Below are positions 24,771-38,062 of a stretch of DNA of 64,000 nt, piece by piece. Where the stretch lies: the NCBI GenBank assembly GCA_024679065.1, contig JAGIQG010000001.1:149048001-149112000 (forward strand), read 5' to 3'. Within the stretch, counting starts at the first letter, position 1. Each line of letters begins with the position of its first letter. Below the pieces are notes generated by a model. That model was not told the origin of the DNA and searched no databases. It saw only the letters and a program-made list of their open reading frames with translations. Position numbers and translations under genes: made by a program. This DNA is from Sphyrna mokarran. Taxonomy: Eukaryota.

Positions 24771-25771
24771 TAATAGGAACTCATGTCAGACTCATGTCTA
24801 ACGTTGAATTCATGTTTAGGTCATTAATTTCACCCATATTGTCACAATAATTTTAGCCTGGTATATTGCTAAGCCGGTATAGGAGGACCTTAGGATTAGG
24901 TTTTCAGAGGAAAAAATTATAGATGTTGCATAATTTGTGCTGAATTTAAGCTGTCTGAATAAATTTCTCGACTTCCCTGACTTAAGACTGAAGATCCTAT
25001 CAGTTGGGGAAAATAGGTAAAATTTCTTTCAATTTGGTTCAAATTTTCCCTCCTGAATTAGGTGCGTAGAGTTAAGAAAGTTCTCAACCCCCGAAGCTGA
25101 CTTGAGAGAAATTTCCCCGAATAGCCAGATTTTTGCTCAGGGGACGAGGGGTGGATGGGGGGGGTGAGGGAGATACAAGATGAGGGTGGGTGTATGGTGC
25201 ATGCTGGAGTTGGGCCCAAAATGCCTCTGGTAACAAAGTGGAGGAAGCCATAGACGCTGCTGACCACAAGTGTAGACTGGTTAGTAGGCTTACCATAGTG
25301 CTTTGGGTCTTTGCTCTGGTTGTAATGAAAATTCTATGTCGCTACAGCCATCACTGCATCCACCCCTACCACCCACACACTCCCATCCGTGCCACCTCAT
25401 GCCTTTCTACCCAGTCATATTGGTCATTTAGCCCTTGTGCCAATTTAGTGCATGGAATTACAGTGAAAGACTAGAGTAACTTCACTGTCAGGGGTTTTTA
25501 GTCCGTGTTTTTTATCCAAAGACGTTTCTCTTCCTGAAAAGTACTTTTTTGTAATTGACTTTGATCAGGTTCGGGAATCAAAGTTGTAAATATTTCCAAA
25601 TATCAGGCATAATTTTATATCACATATTGTTGGCCTGATTTTCATCTGAAGGTATATACTAATTCTGAGTTGGCTTGCAGTGATTTGAAAACTCCTTTGC
25701 ATTGCTGGTATAAGTAATACTCAATGTTCTGTTATAAACTCATTTGCATTATCATTCACATCTCCAGATCC

Positions 25772-25957
25772 AGTCCAAAGATGTGCAGGATAGGTGAATT
25801 GGCCATGTTAAATTGCTCCTTAGTGTCAGGGGGACTAGCTAGGGTAAATGCATGGAATTATGTGAATAGGGCCTGAGTAGGATTACATTCGATGCAGACT
25901 CGATGGGCCGAATAACTGCTCCGTCACTGCAGCGTTTTATGATTCTATTCTATGATT
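25772..25957 (+). mobile_element. 5'-truncated HE1 SINE with CR1-type tail
   Basis: cagtccaaagatgtgcagg...ggccatgttaaattg...gcagactcgatgggccgaa...tatgattctattctatgatt. Confidence 0.85.
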
Positions 25958-26624
25958 CAAACTTATTTGTGTCTAGAAATGACACCGCTGTAACAATGGG
26001 AAAATTAAGTGTTTATCAAAAGCAATGGTAGTGTCATAAATTAAATGGAGATGCTTAAAAATTCAGAAAGTTTTTGGAGAGCATTAAACATATCTATTTT
26101 TACTAAACCTGGAAGAGGAGGAGATTGGTGCACCATAAGCTAAAAGAAGGTAAGAAACTCAGATGAATCTCCAGACTGGTGACAGCACTGAACTACAAGC
26201 TGTGTTATTATGTTTTAATATTGAGATGTGAAACTGAAATCAACAAAGCAAATAATTTGTAGGTTTGAATAGAATTGCAAGATAGTCCAAAAATGGTAGG
26301 CTTAACATCCTCCATGGAAAGGATCTACCATAGCTAGCTAGTCTAGTTTGCATGTAATACTAGTTCTATACTTTGTGGTAGTTGTTGAGACTTGAAGTGG
26401 CAAGTAAAAACAAAACAATAATAAGAGAAATGTTAGGTAGATCTCTGCGATGACTTAGGAATTGGATTCCAATCCCATTCGGTGACCCTTTAAATATCTT
26501 GTTAGAAGATTGGGTCCACTCATTTATCTTCTCAGGTTCAAAAGCTTCAGTCACTCCTACAAGTCATCTGAGCATCTCACCATGATGAATGTAACCAGAT
26601 TATATACAAAGTGCGGTCCACAAC

Positions 26625-26785
26625 TTCAGTGTTCTCCAACCAGTGAGTGCTTTGGAACAATAGACTCTGTTATAATGTAGGAAATGCAGTGGCAAATTTT
26701 ACACAAAAATATCCCACAAACTGCAATGAGATAATGATCAGATCATCTGTTTGAAATGGTGTTGGTTAAGTGATAAATAATGTTT
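26625..26785 (-). mobile_element. DeuSINE (SacSINE1-like) fragment
   Basis: Reverse complement acagatgatctgatcattatctcattgcagtttgtggga...gcatttcctacattataaca matches the copy at ~37915-38000. Confidence 0.65.
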
Positions 26786-27039
26786 AAGGCTTAGTGCAGA
26801 GAACAGTCCGTTCCATCCTTTTGTTATTCACTGTTGCACCACCAAATCTTTTACAACACTTTGTTTTTAGTATATTTAGTATTTAGTTGTTTTACAATAG
26901 GATCATTCCTAGATGCAAATGAGTTTCATCATGAGTTGTGAGTCATTATGGGCCTGTGAAGGTCAAACAACTTAGTACTATATCTTTGAGAAGCCTTTCC
27001 ACTCTGGCTATTGAACCTCATCAAAGTCAATAACAAAAA

Positions 27040-27195
27040 AGTCAGTTGTGGACTCGCCTACTTTGGGGGCATTCAAATGGTCGGTAGATAGGCATATGGA
27101 TGATATTGGAATAGTTTAGGTTAGAGGGTCCACTGGCCGGCGCAACATCAAGGGACGAAGGGCCTGTACTGCGCTGTAATGTTCTGTGTTCTATG
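27040..27195 (+). mobile_element. CR1 3'-end fragment
   Basis: gcattcaaatggtcggtagataggcatatggat (AFKWSVDRHMD), then ggcgcaacatcaagggacgaagggcctgtactgcgctgtaatgttctgtgttctatg. Confidence 0.8.
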
Positions 27196-27417
27196 AATTT
27201 ATTTGAAATCCAGCAGCAACATTAAGAAACAATTGAAGTGCCCAATCCCACCATTTTTACAGATGGTTTCCTCATGGAAGAAAATGAAAGGATACTCCTA
27301 TTTCTCATATTTTGGTGGTGTTTTTCTTCATCAAAACTTTCAAGTTACTTTGTATTCCATACACTTAGGGAGGGAGGGAAATACGCCAACTGAACATAAC
27401 TTGCAAATAGAGTCAAT

Positions 27418-27519
27418 GGGTGGGATTTTACAGCCTTGCTCATCCAAGGTCACACCTTCTATGGTCCACCCCTTGTCCACTATGATTAAAGTGGCAGGCA
27501 GGACGGTAAAATTCCGGCC
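27418..27519. mobile_element. ~100 bp MITE-like element
   Basis: Terminal inverted repeats gggtgggattttac ... gtaaaattccggcc. Confidence 0.55.
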
Positions 27520-30500
27520 AGTGTGAATGGGTTCTGAGGAAACATTGAACTTGAGAGAGCACAGTCAAGGCACGTGTCTTTGATCTTCTATTTCAGTTTT
27601 GTACACAAGATTAAATCTTTGTTTTACTTTTTTCCTTTGAACGTGAGTCATTGTTCCTCATTTTTCTTCAAAAATACTTTGAACATATCCTTATATTTAT
27701 ATTCAGTCAAATGTAAGACAGTGCTATTCTTCCTACAATACTTTGAAAGGGTCTAGTGGAAGCAGAACTATTTCCCATGTTTTAAACACAGCTGTCTAAT
27801 CAGGCGACCAAGGAGGAATTTTGAAAGCTCTTTCTGATAGATTATTCATTAGTATGCAACCCAAGGATTGCATTGGCATTTACCCCCTTGTTTATATAAG
27901 GATTTTAACTGCTTGTTTTGAATTCATTCAGCTGAATTTTAAATAAGAGCAACTGGAACGGGAAGGCACACTGGTAAAGTGTGAGATGTGTGTACCAGCT
28001 TTTTATCGTTCATTCTTGATTAATACTGTAAAAGTAAGCCTCTAACATTAATATCCCAAAGAATTGCTCTTCATTGTTTCACATCAAATCTCAAAAAACT
28101 GTCCATTTGACAGTATTTTCCTACAAATACGTTTTGTTTTAAGCATTAAGGAATACATTGGAAATGTTTTCGTAGAGCTTCAAGATATGAGTGTTTAGAC
28201 TAAGACTAAAGTGGCAGAATTGTGGATCAGATTATAAACAAATTAAAATTGAAATGTGATGTATATGATTCTTATTAAAACCTAAAAGAGTTGCAGCTTT
28301 CTTGCTGGACTCTTTTGGGTTTGACTTAGACCAGGAGGTTCAGAAGCCACATACCAAAGCTTCCCAAAGGTCCTGGACAGAGCATGTGCCACAAAACTCT
28401 CTCCCTGCTCCCTCCTCCCATTACTCAGCCTTCGTGGGAGAAAGCTGTACTGATTTCATTAAATTTGGCACACTAATACTGTCGGTACACAGACCTATCC
28501 AACCACACGGATCCATTCATTCATCATTTGATCATAGCATCAAAACTGGCTTTGTTACGTGGCAACGCAGTCACATCAGTAAACATCATATAAGTCCAAC
28601 TGATTGCTTGTCATTTCAAGTAATAAACCAAAGAAATGTGTTTAACCACCACTTTATTTAAAAGAGAATTTATTTTCTTTAGGAACTGTTTAACCTTCAC
28701 ATAGTTGTGGTGATAATCGTGGTACATTGGTGTAGCACAATGTTACCAAATAACTTTTTCAGAACCACAAGTCTTAGCAGTAGTTTGCTTAAAGGCATTT
28801 TTTGCAGCATGATGGATTAGAGAGTAATGGAATCTATTTATGCTTCAGTTGCTGCCATAGTAGAAATTTGCCAAGTGACCTTTTCACTTCTATTTGGTGG
28901 GATTATTCCACCTCATCATACCTTTCCCCTGTTTTTTGTAAAAATAAGATATAGGATTGGCTTTTCAACCTTGAGGCAGGCAGCAAGAGTTGGAAAAATT
29001 CCCTCAGGAGGAAGTACCCACATGGATGGGATTTTCATTGTGGGGGTGGGGTAAGGCAAGGCGTGCCAGTCAAGGGGAAAGCTCAGAGGCAGCCATAGGG
29101 ACTGCCGGGTATGGAAGTGAGTTGTTTAAAAGGCCTGCCGTATCAGTATGGGACTGTCTCAGTTTATAATAGAGAGATAAGAGTCCTCCAGCCCTCACTT
29201 CCCACACACTCCTCATGCCCCCTCCCACTCCTATGTTCATCTTATCTACTAAACATTGCATAAAACAAAATGAGCCCTATCATGATAACACGATGTGCAA
29301 AAAAGTTTCCATTCATTGATAACTGGCTGAGAGCCCAGAATTTATTGGCCTATTGAAATACCTGAACTATAGTGAAAACATTGCTTAATTGACAACTTTT
29401 GTCCTCTGAGCTATACAGCCAATTGCACAATGTTTACTTACACAAGATAGAAATTTCAAGTGCTTGCAGTTTCTGCAATTTATATTAAAAGGCGATATGA
29501 TTGTCACTTTTATTAGTCTGTAGTTAAAAATTTTGAAAAATAACTTTATCACATCCTACTGTCATTATATGGTTCATTGGTTCTATACAGTATATAGTGG
29601 GTGCATGGTCATTGGAAGTACTATAGCTTAGCATGAGGGCCATGAGGGACTATAGGGGTGACTTGGAGCAGCAGACCTTTGCATGGGACACATGCCAGGC
29701 TATAGGCATTATTTGGGATAGTGTACATTGCTGTGGGGGCATGATAGGTGTTATACCTAGCATGGGAGGCATGAGGGGTCAAAAAGATTGTTTGGGATGC
29801 ATACTTTGGCCTAGGTGCATAAGGAGGACATTTTGAACTTACCTCTTGAAGTGTTCTCGTACAAAGACTGTTATTCGCAATACCTCTGAGGTGAAGTGAT
29901 CTATAACTCTCTGAAAGCTGTCCCAACACCACAAAAATGCCCATAGTGGAACCAGCCACGTCGGAGAACAGGATGCAGACTCGCAACCTGAGCCACACCA
30001 TATCTTCAAAGGCCACTCATAAAAAGTGAAAATCATGGGAATAGGGAGAGAAATCCTGGAAGCTGGAACCACTCACCATTTTTAAGGGGCTCCCGAGTTA
30101 TCCCTGTTTGGCAACACTCTATCCTATGGTATGAATTCTAATCTTGGTGACATCTACAGGGAAGTGGGCAACAAAGGAGATCAAAACATCTTGAAATTGT
30201 CTTCCTGGAGTCATAAGAACAAGGAGTGGACTTCATGAGGCATACTATAAGGATGATTTTGACCGTGCCCACAAGGTGGAAACCAAATAGATGGGCAGTT
30301 AAAATCTATTCAACTTTCCTGCTGAAGGACTACTTTTTTTCACAGCTTTCCATTTTAATCTTTTAGCAGGCAGAGTGTACAGTGGTTCCTTTTTTAAATG
30401 TACAAGTCAGGTATAGTGTTAATCTAACCCCCACAAAAATTTTCTACCACTTTGTCTGAAGTAGAGTGAATGCATCTCTGAGGAAAATCTTAGCCTTAGT

Positions 30501-32634
30501 TTCTTTAATATTGTAAAATGTTTATTAAAAATAAATCAGTTATGATCAGGTACTTTTTAATAATGGAGGAAATAATCATTAATGTTGTCATGTTCGTACT
30601 GCAGTGCAAAGCCATGATGTGCTAATTTGGATTCCAGTTCTCTAGGATTTTGAGCAGTCCAAATTTAAGCCCCTTTCAGCTTTGTTGTGCAGTTTGTTTG
30701 CACCCTTACTCACATTGAAAATGCAATGCTCAGATGGGATCATATGTTATCTCCAGACACTGACAGATATAAGGGATTATGCTAGGTTAGGTAAATACCT
30801 TTATGTGGTTATTGCAAATGGTCAGTGCACAGCAGGTGCTAGCAATGACAAACAGATGGCTGCTTCAATTAGTAAAATTACTGCTATTCAAATTAGCTAC
30901 AGGTGGGATGTGAAGAGTTGACATTTTCAATCCCATTGTAAAATTAATTTCTGCAGATCAGTGAGGGCAATGTTCAGCTTGGGGTTAACTATCTTAAATT
31001 GCAGAATACAATGAAATTAATTACTCTTTGTTTCCAAAAAAGATAGCTAAGCATGCTTAACACCAATTTGATCTCCTAAAAACAAGTGGGCCAGGTATAG
31101 CATATTTGCCACATTGATGGGAAACGTTGCATTATATAAAATTTCAAATTGTGCTATTAATGGAACATCCGCCCTTACCCTGCCTGACTAGATTGTTGAT
31201 TTGGATGTTCATCTCAGTGTTGCTGTAAACTTTGCTATGCGGAGGTTGACATAGCAATATACCTGTACTCTTTAAAAAAAAATTAATTATGTGAAATATT
31301 TTGCAAAGGTGATTAGTAATTATATAAATGCAAGAGCTCTTTTTTAACTTCTTCATAGCAGATGGGATGCTGTGATATCACAGGAGAAGTCTTTTTTCTT
31401 CATAAAATTACATATTTATGGATTTTGTTCCATCTTCAACAGAACAAAAATTGAAAAAGAATGACATTGAAATGGTATGTCTTAAAACAGACCTAACTTG
31501 CACACGTTTAAAGGAAGGCATTTTTATAGTTCCAGGAAAACTGGATTGAAGATTGATGGGAGTTACGATTCATCTGCTACCAATAAGGCTCCTGTTTGAA
31601 ATGTATTTGGGGAGTCATAATCCAGTTCCTACTGTACGTGGGCTCACAGTTCAAAAATGTTCCTAGTATAGTACTAATTGCCACAAGAGAGGCGACAGGA
31701 TGAATAATGAGGGAAACTGAGTAAATTGTCAGTCTTGCATTAGAAGTTACAGTTGTGAACTTGGGGCTGAGGTGCAATGTCTGGATAGAGTGTGCTGTAC
31801 TCTACATCTAGTTCACCAGTAATGTTTGATGGTGCCACACCCTGCCTGAACTATGAAGAATACTGTATTCCAGCATAAATGTTCTTCCCATAGATAAGTA
31901 TTTTTTTCATTAAGAAATTTATAAAATCCTGTCTTTCTTCAAAAGCATTCTTTCATTGTGCTGCCGTGCAAATGAAGTGCTGATTTTTGTTGCATCGACA
32001 TCTTCTTGAGAAGATTAGCCCAAATAGCTCCTTATAGAATGCAGCAAGTGTGGTTACAAACCAAAGATAACCAATTAAATGAGTCTTTAATCCACCAAAA
32101 GCCTGATTGGCAGATGGATGCAAGTCCAATAAATTTCCTCAGAAGTTGTGTGAAGACTGTGGGTTGTATAAAAGTTCTTTTGTAGTGGAGAATAACTGGA
32201 ATTCCTCCCAGCTAGTCAGCAGTAAATATATTGTGTTCTTTGATTGGCTTGATTGTGGAAAAGAATTGTAGATTAGCACTTCTATAATAGAAAAGTTATG
32301 AAAGTCACAAGTTGGTGCAATAGATACATAGGAGGGTAGTTTTAATTTTTGAGAAAACAATTATAAGAGTGCCCAGATTGAGGTTGTGACCTTATTTAAA
32401 TTGAATGGCGAGCTTTGGGTGTCAAGCAATCCAGTTCATCACTATCAGGCTGAGCCAGTACTTGATAGCCCAGAGGTCACCAGGCAAACAGCAAGGTTAA
32501 TCTGACTGTGCGGGTAAAGGTTGAGTGGATGCTGGGGATTATGGAAAGGAGGAAGCACATAGTCGCAAGGTTTTAATATGCATATTAAAAAAGGCCAGCC
32601 ACCCAAATGGTGGGTGGTGATGGGGTGGGGGGAG

Positions 32635-32830
32635 TGCTGTTTCAGTTAGTTTAGATGGCTAGCGTGTGAATGATGCCAACAATGCGGATTCAACCCCTAT
32701 AGCGGCTGTGGTAGTTCACTGAGGCCTTTCTTTTTTCCTTGTCCTACAGTTGTCAGGTGGCACCTCTTGCACTACAAATTGCCAAAAATGTCTCTCTGTT
32801 GGAGAGATATGCCTATGGTCCTTTGGCTAG
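32635..32830 (+). mobile_element. Old tRNA-headed SINE remnant
   Basis: Degenerate A box tttcagttag and B box ggattcaacccc, with 3' motif gcctatggtcctttgg. Recognised from memory only. Confidence 0.4.
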
Positions 32831-33419
32831 GTGCACCCAAATTTGGAAATATTTCAGCTGCTTAGGGGTCAACCTCTTTGCAAGTATCAGCAGGCCAATC
32901 GTTAACATTAATGAGCTGGCAAGCCCATTTTGAGTGCATTACCACCCTGTTAAGACAAATTTATATAGTTAAGATCAATCGTGCTATTTTCCAATAATTT
33001 GCAGTGAAATCTGGGCCAGATTTGGGCTGAAATTGCATTGTGTGGTGTCAACAATATTAGTATTTTTGCATGGAATTCTTTTGTATTCTGTCTGAATGGA
33101 CATTAACATTATTTTAATTCAAGTATTAGCTTTCCACACAATCGGCTTGAATAACACAGTATTGTAGAATTGCGTATTAAATCTTGATTGTCATTGATTG
33201 ATTGTCATTTGCCAGAAAACCTGAAAACAATGAGAACAATTGCTTATATTTATGTAATGCTTTCAGCGTGTCGGAATGTCCCAGGTTGCTTAGAACAACT
33301 CAATACCACAATAACCCAGCAAAACACATTTAGCCTGTATATGTTACACAGTGAAGATATGGGCTGTTGTAGCATGTTTCAAAGAATTTGACACGTTTCC
33401 AAGTCAAGATGATTAGCAA

Positions 33420-33630
33420 CTTTTTAAAAATTCTTTAACGGATGTGAGCATCGTTGGCTAGCTCACCATTTATCGCCAAGCCCTCATTATCCTTGAGAAA
33501 GTGGAGGCCTTCTTGAACTGCTGCAATCCATGTGGTGTAGGTACATCCATGATGTTTCTAGGGAGGGAGTTCCAAGTTCTTGACCCAGCAACTATGAAGG
33601 AGCAATGATATAGTTCCAAATCAGGGTGCT
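33420..33630 (-). mobile_element. 3' UTR fragment of the same LINE family as 395-3375
   Basis: Reverse complement gatttggaactatatcattgctccttcatagttgctggg...aactccctccctagaaacatcatgg...gcagttcaagaagg aligns by eye to 3223-3337. Confidence 0.75.
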
Positions 33631-36600
33631 GATTCTCCCTGTGTTAATGTCTCCTATACATCTGCATTTTTAAAAATCAACAAATAATTTGAATAGATTG
33701 ACTTTGAATTAGGAAGTGTGAACTGTAATAATTTAATTATTTTGCTTATGGTGTGTCCTATATGCAGTCTTCAAACTCCATATGTCACTATTTTTCATTC
33801 ATACCTGTATTTTACAATGATGATAGATGGAGCAGATACCAAATCCTTGTTTTAATTGTCAACGCCCAAATATTCCTCCAAGACTGATGTTTTCTGCCAC
33901 CCATTGGCTCAGCCTAGTTTTGACCTCCAGTCCTGCCAATTCTGTGTTTTCTTCAATCGTATCTGCTCAGCAAGCCCACTCTTCTGGGCTCTAAACATAT
34001 GGAAGAAGGGAGAAATTTCAGTTCAAAGTCTTCTTTCCTTCCACCTATGTATGCTAATTATTCCTCTGCATGCCAAGAAATACCAACTGGGCATTCGTTA
34101 TATGGCGAGGTTGGATCGCTGTGTTTCCCTTCCATTTTTAGGCAGTTTTTATTCAGACAGGACAGGATTTTTTGGGCCTTTGGATCAATTGGTAGGAAGG
34201 TGTTGGTCTCTAGGTTTGTCAGGAAAATAGTGGACAGCTTGTCGATGCATTCCCACAACCAGGGAAGTTTGCTGGCGGCAGGATCAGATGTAGATCAGTA
34301 GCTACTGAATGAAAACAACAGCCAATTTAAATAATATTGCTCCTATTAAGGTTAATTATCTTGGCCTGCTGGCATTTTGTCAGTAATGGAGGAATGCCAC
34401 ACCATGTGGGGAGGCTGCCAACTTCACATATCCAGCTTCCCTATGGCTGCCCATGGGTCCACTTGAGCTGGAGGCTCCATATTCCAAAGTGGATTCCACA
34501 GGCGTGGAATCCACACCTCTGGCCCACTGGTTCACCTTGAAGACCTTGCATGGTTTCTCTGAATTTTAATTTTATACTATCTCTTTGGGGTCCAGAACTG
34601 CCTCTGCTGCACCCATTTCTCCTGGTGAGGCTGATGAGGTGTTAGAGTAGCCAGCCCTATGATTGGACCAGATGTCTGCCATCTGTCTTTATTTGGATGA
34701 CAAAGCCAGAGATGCCAGTCAATAGGCTGTCTCCAATAATATGGCTAAGATTGACCACTGCCAACATGTGGCTCAGAACCCACCCTGTGTTGAGGGGTCC
34801 CAAACACTGCATTAAATTCCTATCTATTTTAGCTAACAATAAATTTTGGTAGCAATCAGTTAAATCAAAGTTAAATCAAATCAAATCACGGGGGCTTATA
34901 TTGGGTCCTGTTGAGCCTATTTCTTGGATGCTATACCATGAACATTCTAAAAAGGTGATGAGAGGCACGTGCACACTTACTCACAAAAATATACAGGATA
35001 CTGACAAGGTAAAGAAATATATGCATATATGTCTAACAATCACTGGCAACATGTAAAGCAGCAAGATGATGACACAAATAATTGTGCAATGCTAGTGTGA
35101 AACCATGCCTGTCATTTTGCAATTCCACACTTCAGCAAAGTCCTACCTTAACCTTCCACAGCTGAACATGACATTGAGCAGAACAAAAGAGCCTCACCAA
35201 CATTGTTTAAAGGAGTCATGAAACACTTGCAAGTTAGTTGATGGTATAGGGTGCTTTTGGAGGTTTCCTCTGTTTGCATGGTCAGTTATCTGTAATAAAT
35301 TACAGCATAGATTCAGTTAATAAAGGACTTCCACACTATTCCTTGCAGCTGCAAGGCATCTAGGTTAACTGAGCATTGTGATCTCCTGAAGTTTTTCTCC
35401 CTACCAGTGAATATAAGTCATGAACACTAAATGTGGTGCTAGCCACACTTGACAATCACATTAAACTGCAGGTGGCAGAAAGTTAATGTGCTGCTTGCAG
35501 CACAGTGAATGGGTACAGATTAATTACATGCCGTCCTCCCCATGCCCACTTTCAAGGGCTATCCAATTTAACCCCAGTTATCTCTTCCACAGCTTCTGGC
35601 TCACTGAGCTTAAGCATAAAAAATTACCATAATTTCTTCCAGGGAAAGCAACAAGTTTATTGTTATCTTTTCACACTGCTTGCATCCAGTTACAAATTAA
35701 GTAATAAAGTTGAACCATGAAGGATTGTGCTATTATTCATGGTGATTAATCCCCAGGCTAGAACTCTAGCACCTCAAACAAATATAAGCTGTCAGTCTTA
35801 AAATATTTTATAACTGAGAGAAGCAGCAAAATGGTAACTCATTATTGGGCAACAGCACATTTTTTAAAAAACCCAAAAGCTGTGCCACAATGTATAAAAT
35901 GGCAGTATACTGTGAAAATAAAGGCAATTGTAAATGTCAGCAGTGGTGGAAAAATATAAGAGCAAATACTGAAATATTTTTCCCTGTGTTTTAAATTACA
36001 CGCATGTCTAATTCAATTTTGAAACCACTGAACATATCTCTATTTGGAATGTGCCAGAATTTTCTGTTGCTTTTATTCTATTCCAGTCTCTCGTATTAAT
36101 TTATTCCTTCATCTTTTCATTGAATGTCGTGCGCTGATGATACCGCAAAACCTATTTTTGGACCACCTATATAGAATATCCAGAGCTTTCTTAAGATGTC
36201 CACCGGTGAGGCCCTAAAGCTACAAAACGTAAATTAGGAACAGAGGAGAATATGCCTTAGTGAACTTTGTGGGTATGCCGCTTATAGTCAGTTGTTTGGT
36301 CAACCATTTTACAATGCATTACTTATATTTTTTAAATGTCAATTTATATTAGCAAATCTAAACAATTAATACTGATTTAATATGAACACAGATGTTTTAC
36401 TGATAACATTGAAAGTTGTTTGAGAAAAATCAATTTAATTCATCATTGTACAAGATCATTAATTGGAAGGGAAATTTTGGGCATAGTTGAGAGGTTAGCT
36501 GCAAATAAAGTATTAATGTCAACAAATCTGAAACAAAACTATGTAATTTTCGTTCAAGTTTAATCTGAATTCCAAAATATCAAATAGACAGTTGCAAATT

Positions 36601-37687
36601 ACCTTACAAAGCTCATTTTCAAAGTTAATTATTATCTGAATGAAAATAACATAAATGAGACCAAATTGTTATAACATACAGAAAGTGGTGATTGTCATGC
36701 ACAGCATGGTAACTTGAATTTCATATTAAATGAAAGTTCTGAGTCAAAAGTAACCATGCAAAATCACATGCCAAAAGCGAATATGTTCTTCAGTGTACAT
36801 AGTGGAGAGCATATTCCACATGGGGTCGTTCTTGTTCACAATAGTAGGTGTTGTGGTTTCAAGAACACTATTATAGAAAAGGTTCTTGATGAAAAACACA
36901 TTGGCAGCACAAAGCTTAAAAAAAAATTCCTTTTTTTGCTTGATGTGTGGAGTAGGATTTTAAGGATGGAGAGCAATTGGTGCTCTCTACTGAGAGTTTG
37001 GGCCTAATGTGTAAGCACTGATTCTTAAACTCCCACTGCTATTTAACACCCATTTGAGCATTGATTGGCAGTTGATGAGATTTCCATCCTTCCTTGAAAA
37101 GACCCACCCATGAATGATGTCAGCCAATCAGATTGGTTGACAGCTCTTCAACCTGGTGAGACAAAGTGCTTCAATGGCCAGAAGCAGCCCTGCAGTGCTT
37201 TACCTGGGCCTAAGTACCAGAACCTTTAAATAAATAAGTCCTGTGGGTCCAGGAAGGTACAAGACAGCCTGGCGGGGAGGTGACACCCAACTGAGGGAAC
37301 CTTCAGATTGAGGCCCAAGATGGGGAAAAGTGCAAGTGTCACTTTCCCACCTACCTACATCCCACTCCCACCAGCCAAGAAATTAAAACTGGGTGAGGTG
37401 AGGATCTTATAGGTGAATGGGCTGGTCTCCTGCCCAACACCCAAGCATGAAATTGCATCTGGGTTAGTGAATGGGTTCCAGTCGAGAATCCCACCCATTC
37501 AATATTATGCTCCCCCTCCTGCAACAGGACCCACCTTCAGGGGAGCGTGAATTTCTACCCACAGTTTACTTCAAAGAGAACCCTAAATGGTTTAGCTGGT
37601 AAAATAACCACCCTATTTCAAACTAAGAGATATCCTTAGTTAAAAACCCGGGTTTGAAGCTGGTCATTGGTGAGATAATTATTCTGG

Positions 37688-38062
37688 CAGATTCTGGGTT
37701 CAAATCCCACTCTGGGAGTTGAGCACTAAAATCAAGACTGACTTTCCAGTGAAGTCCTGAGGGAGTGCTGCACTGTTGGTGCGGTTTCAGATGAGACTTT
37801 AAACTGAAGCTTCATTATGCCTGCTTGGCTGGATGGAAAAAGTCTCATGGCACTATTTCGGAGCAGGGGAGCTATCCCCAGTGCTGTGGCTAATAATCAT
37901 CCCTCAGCCACAAAAACAGATTATCTAATCATTATCACATTGCTACTTTTGAGAGCATGCAGTATGCAGTTTGGCTGCCGCATTTCCTAAATTACAACAC
38001 TGATTCATTTGAGGTGAAGTGCTTTGAATTGTTAGTGACTGTGGATGGTGCAAGTCTTTTTT
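37688..38062 (+). mobile_element. DeuSINE (SacSINE1/AmnSINE1-type central Deu domain)
   Basis: B box gggttcaaatccc. Deu-like core ctgagggagtgctgcactgttgg...tttcagatgagactttaaactga...catggcactattt...ccccagtgctgtggctaata...tcattatcacattgct. Confidence 0.75.
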
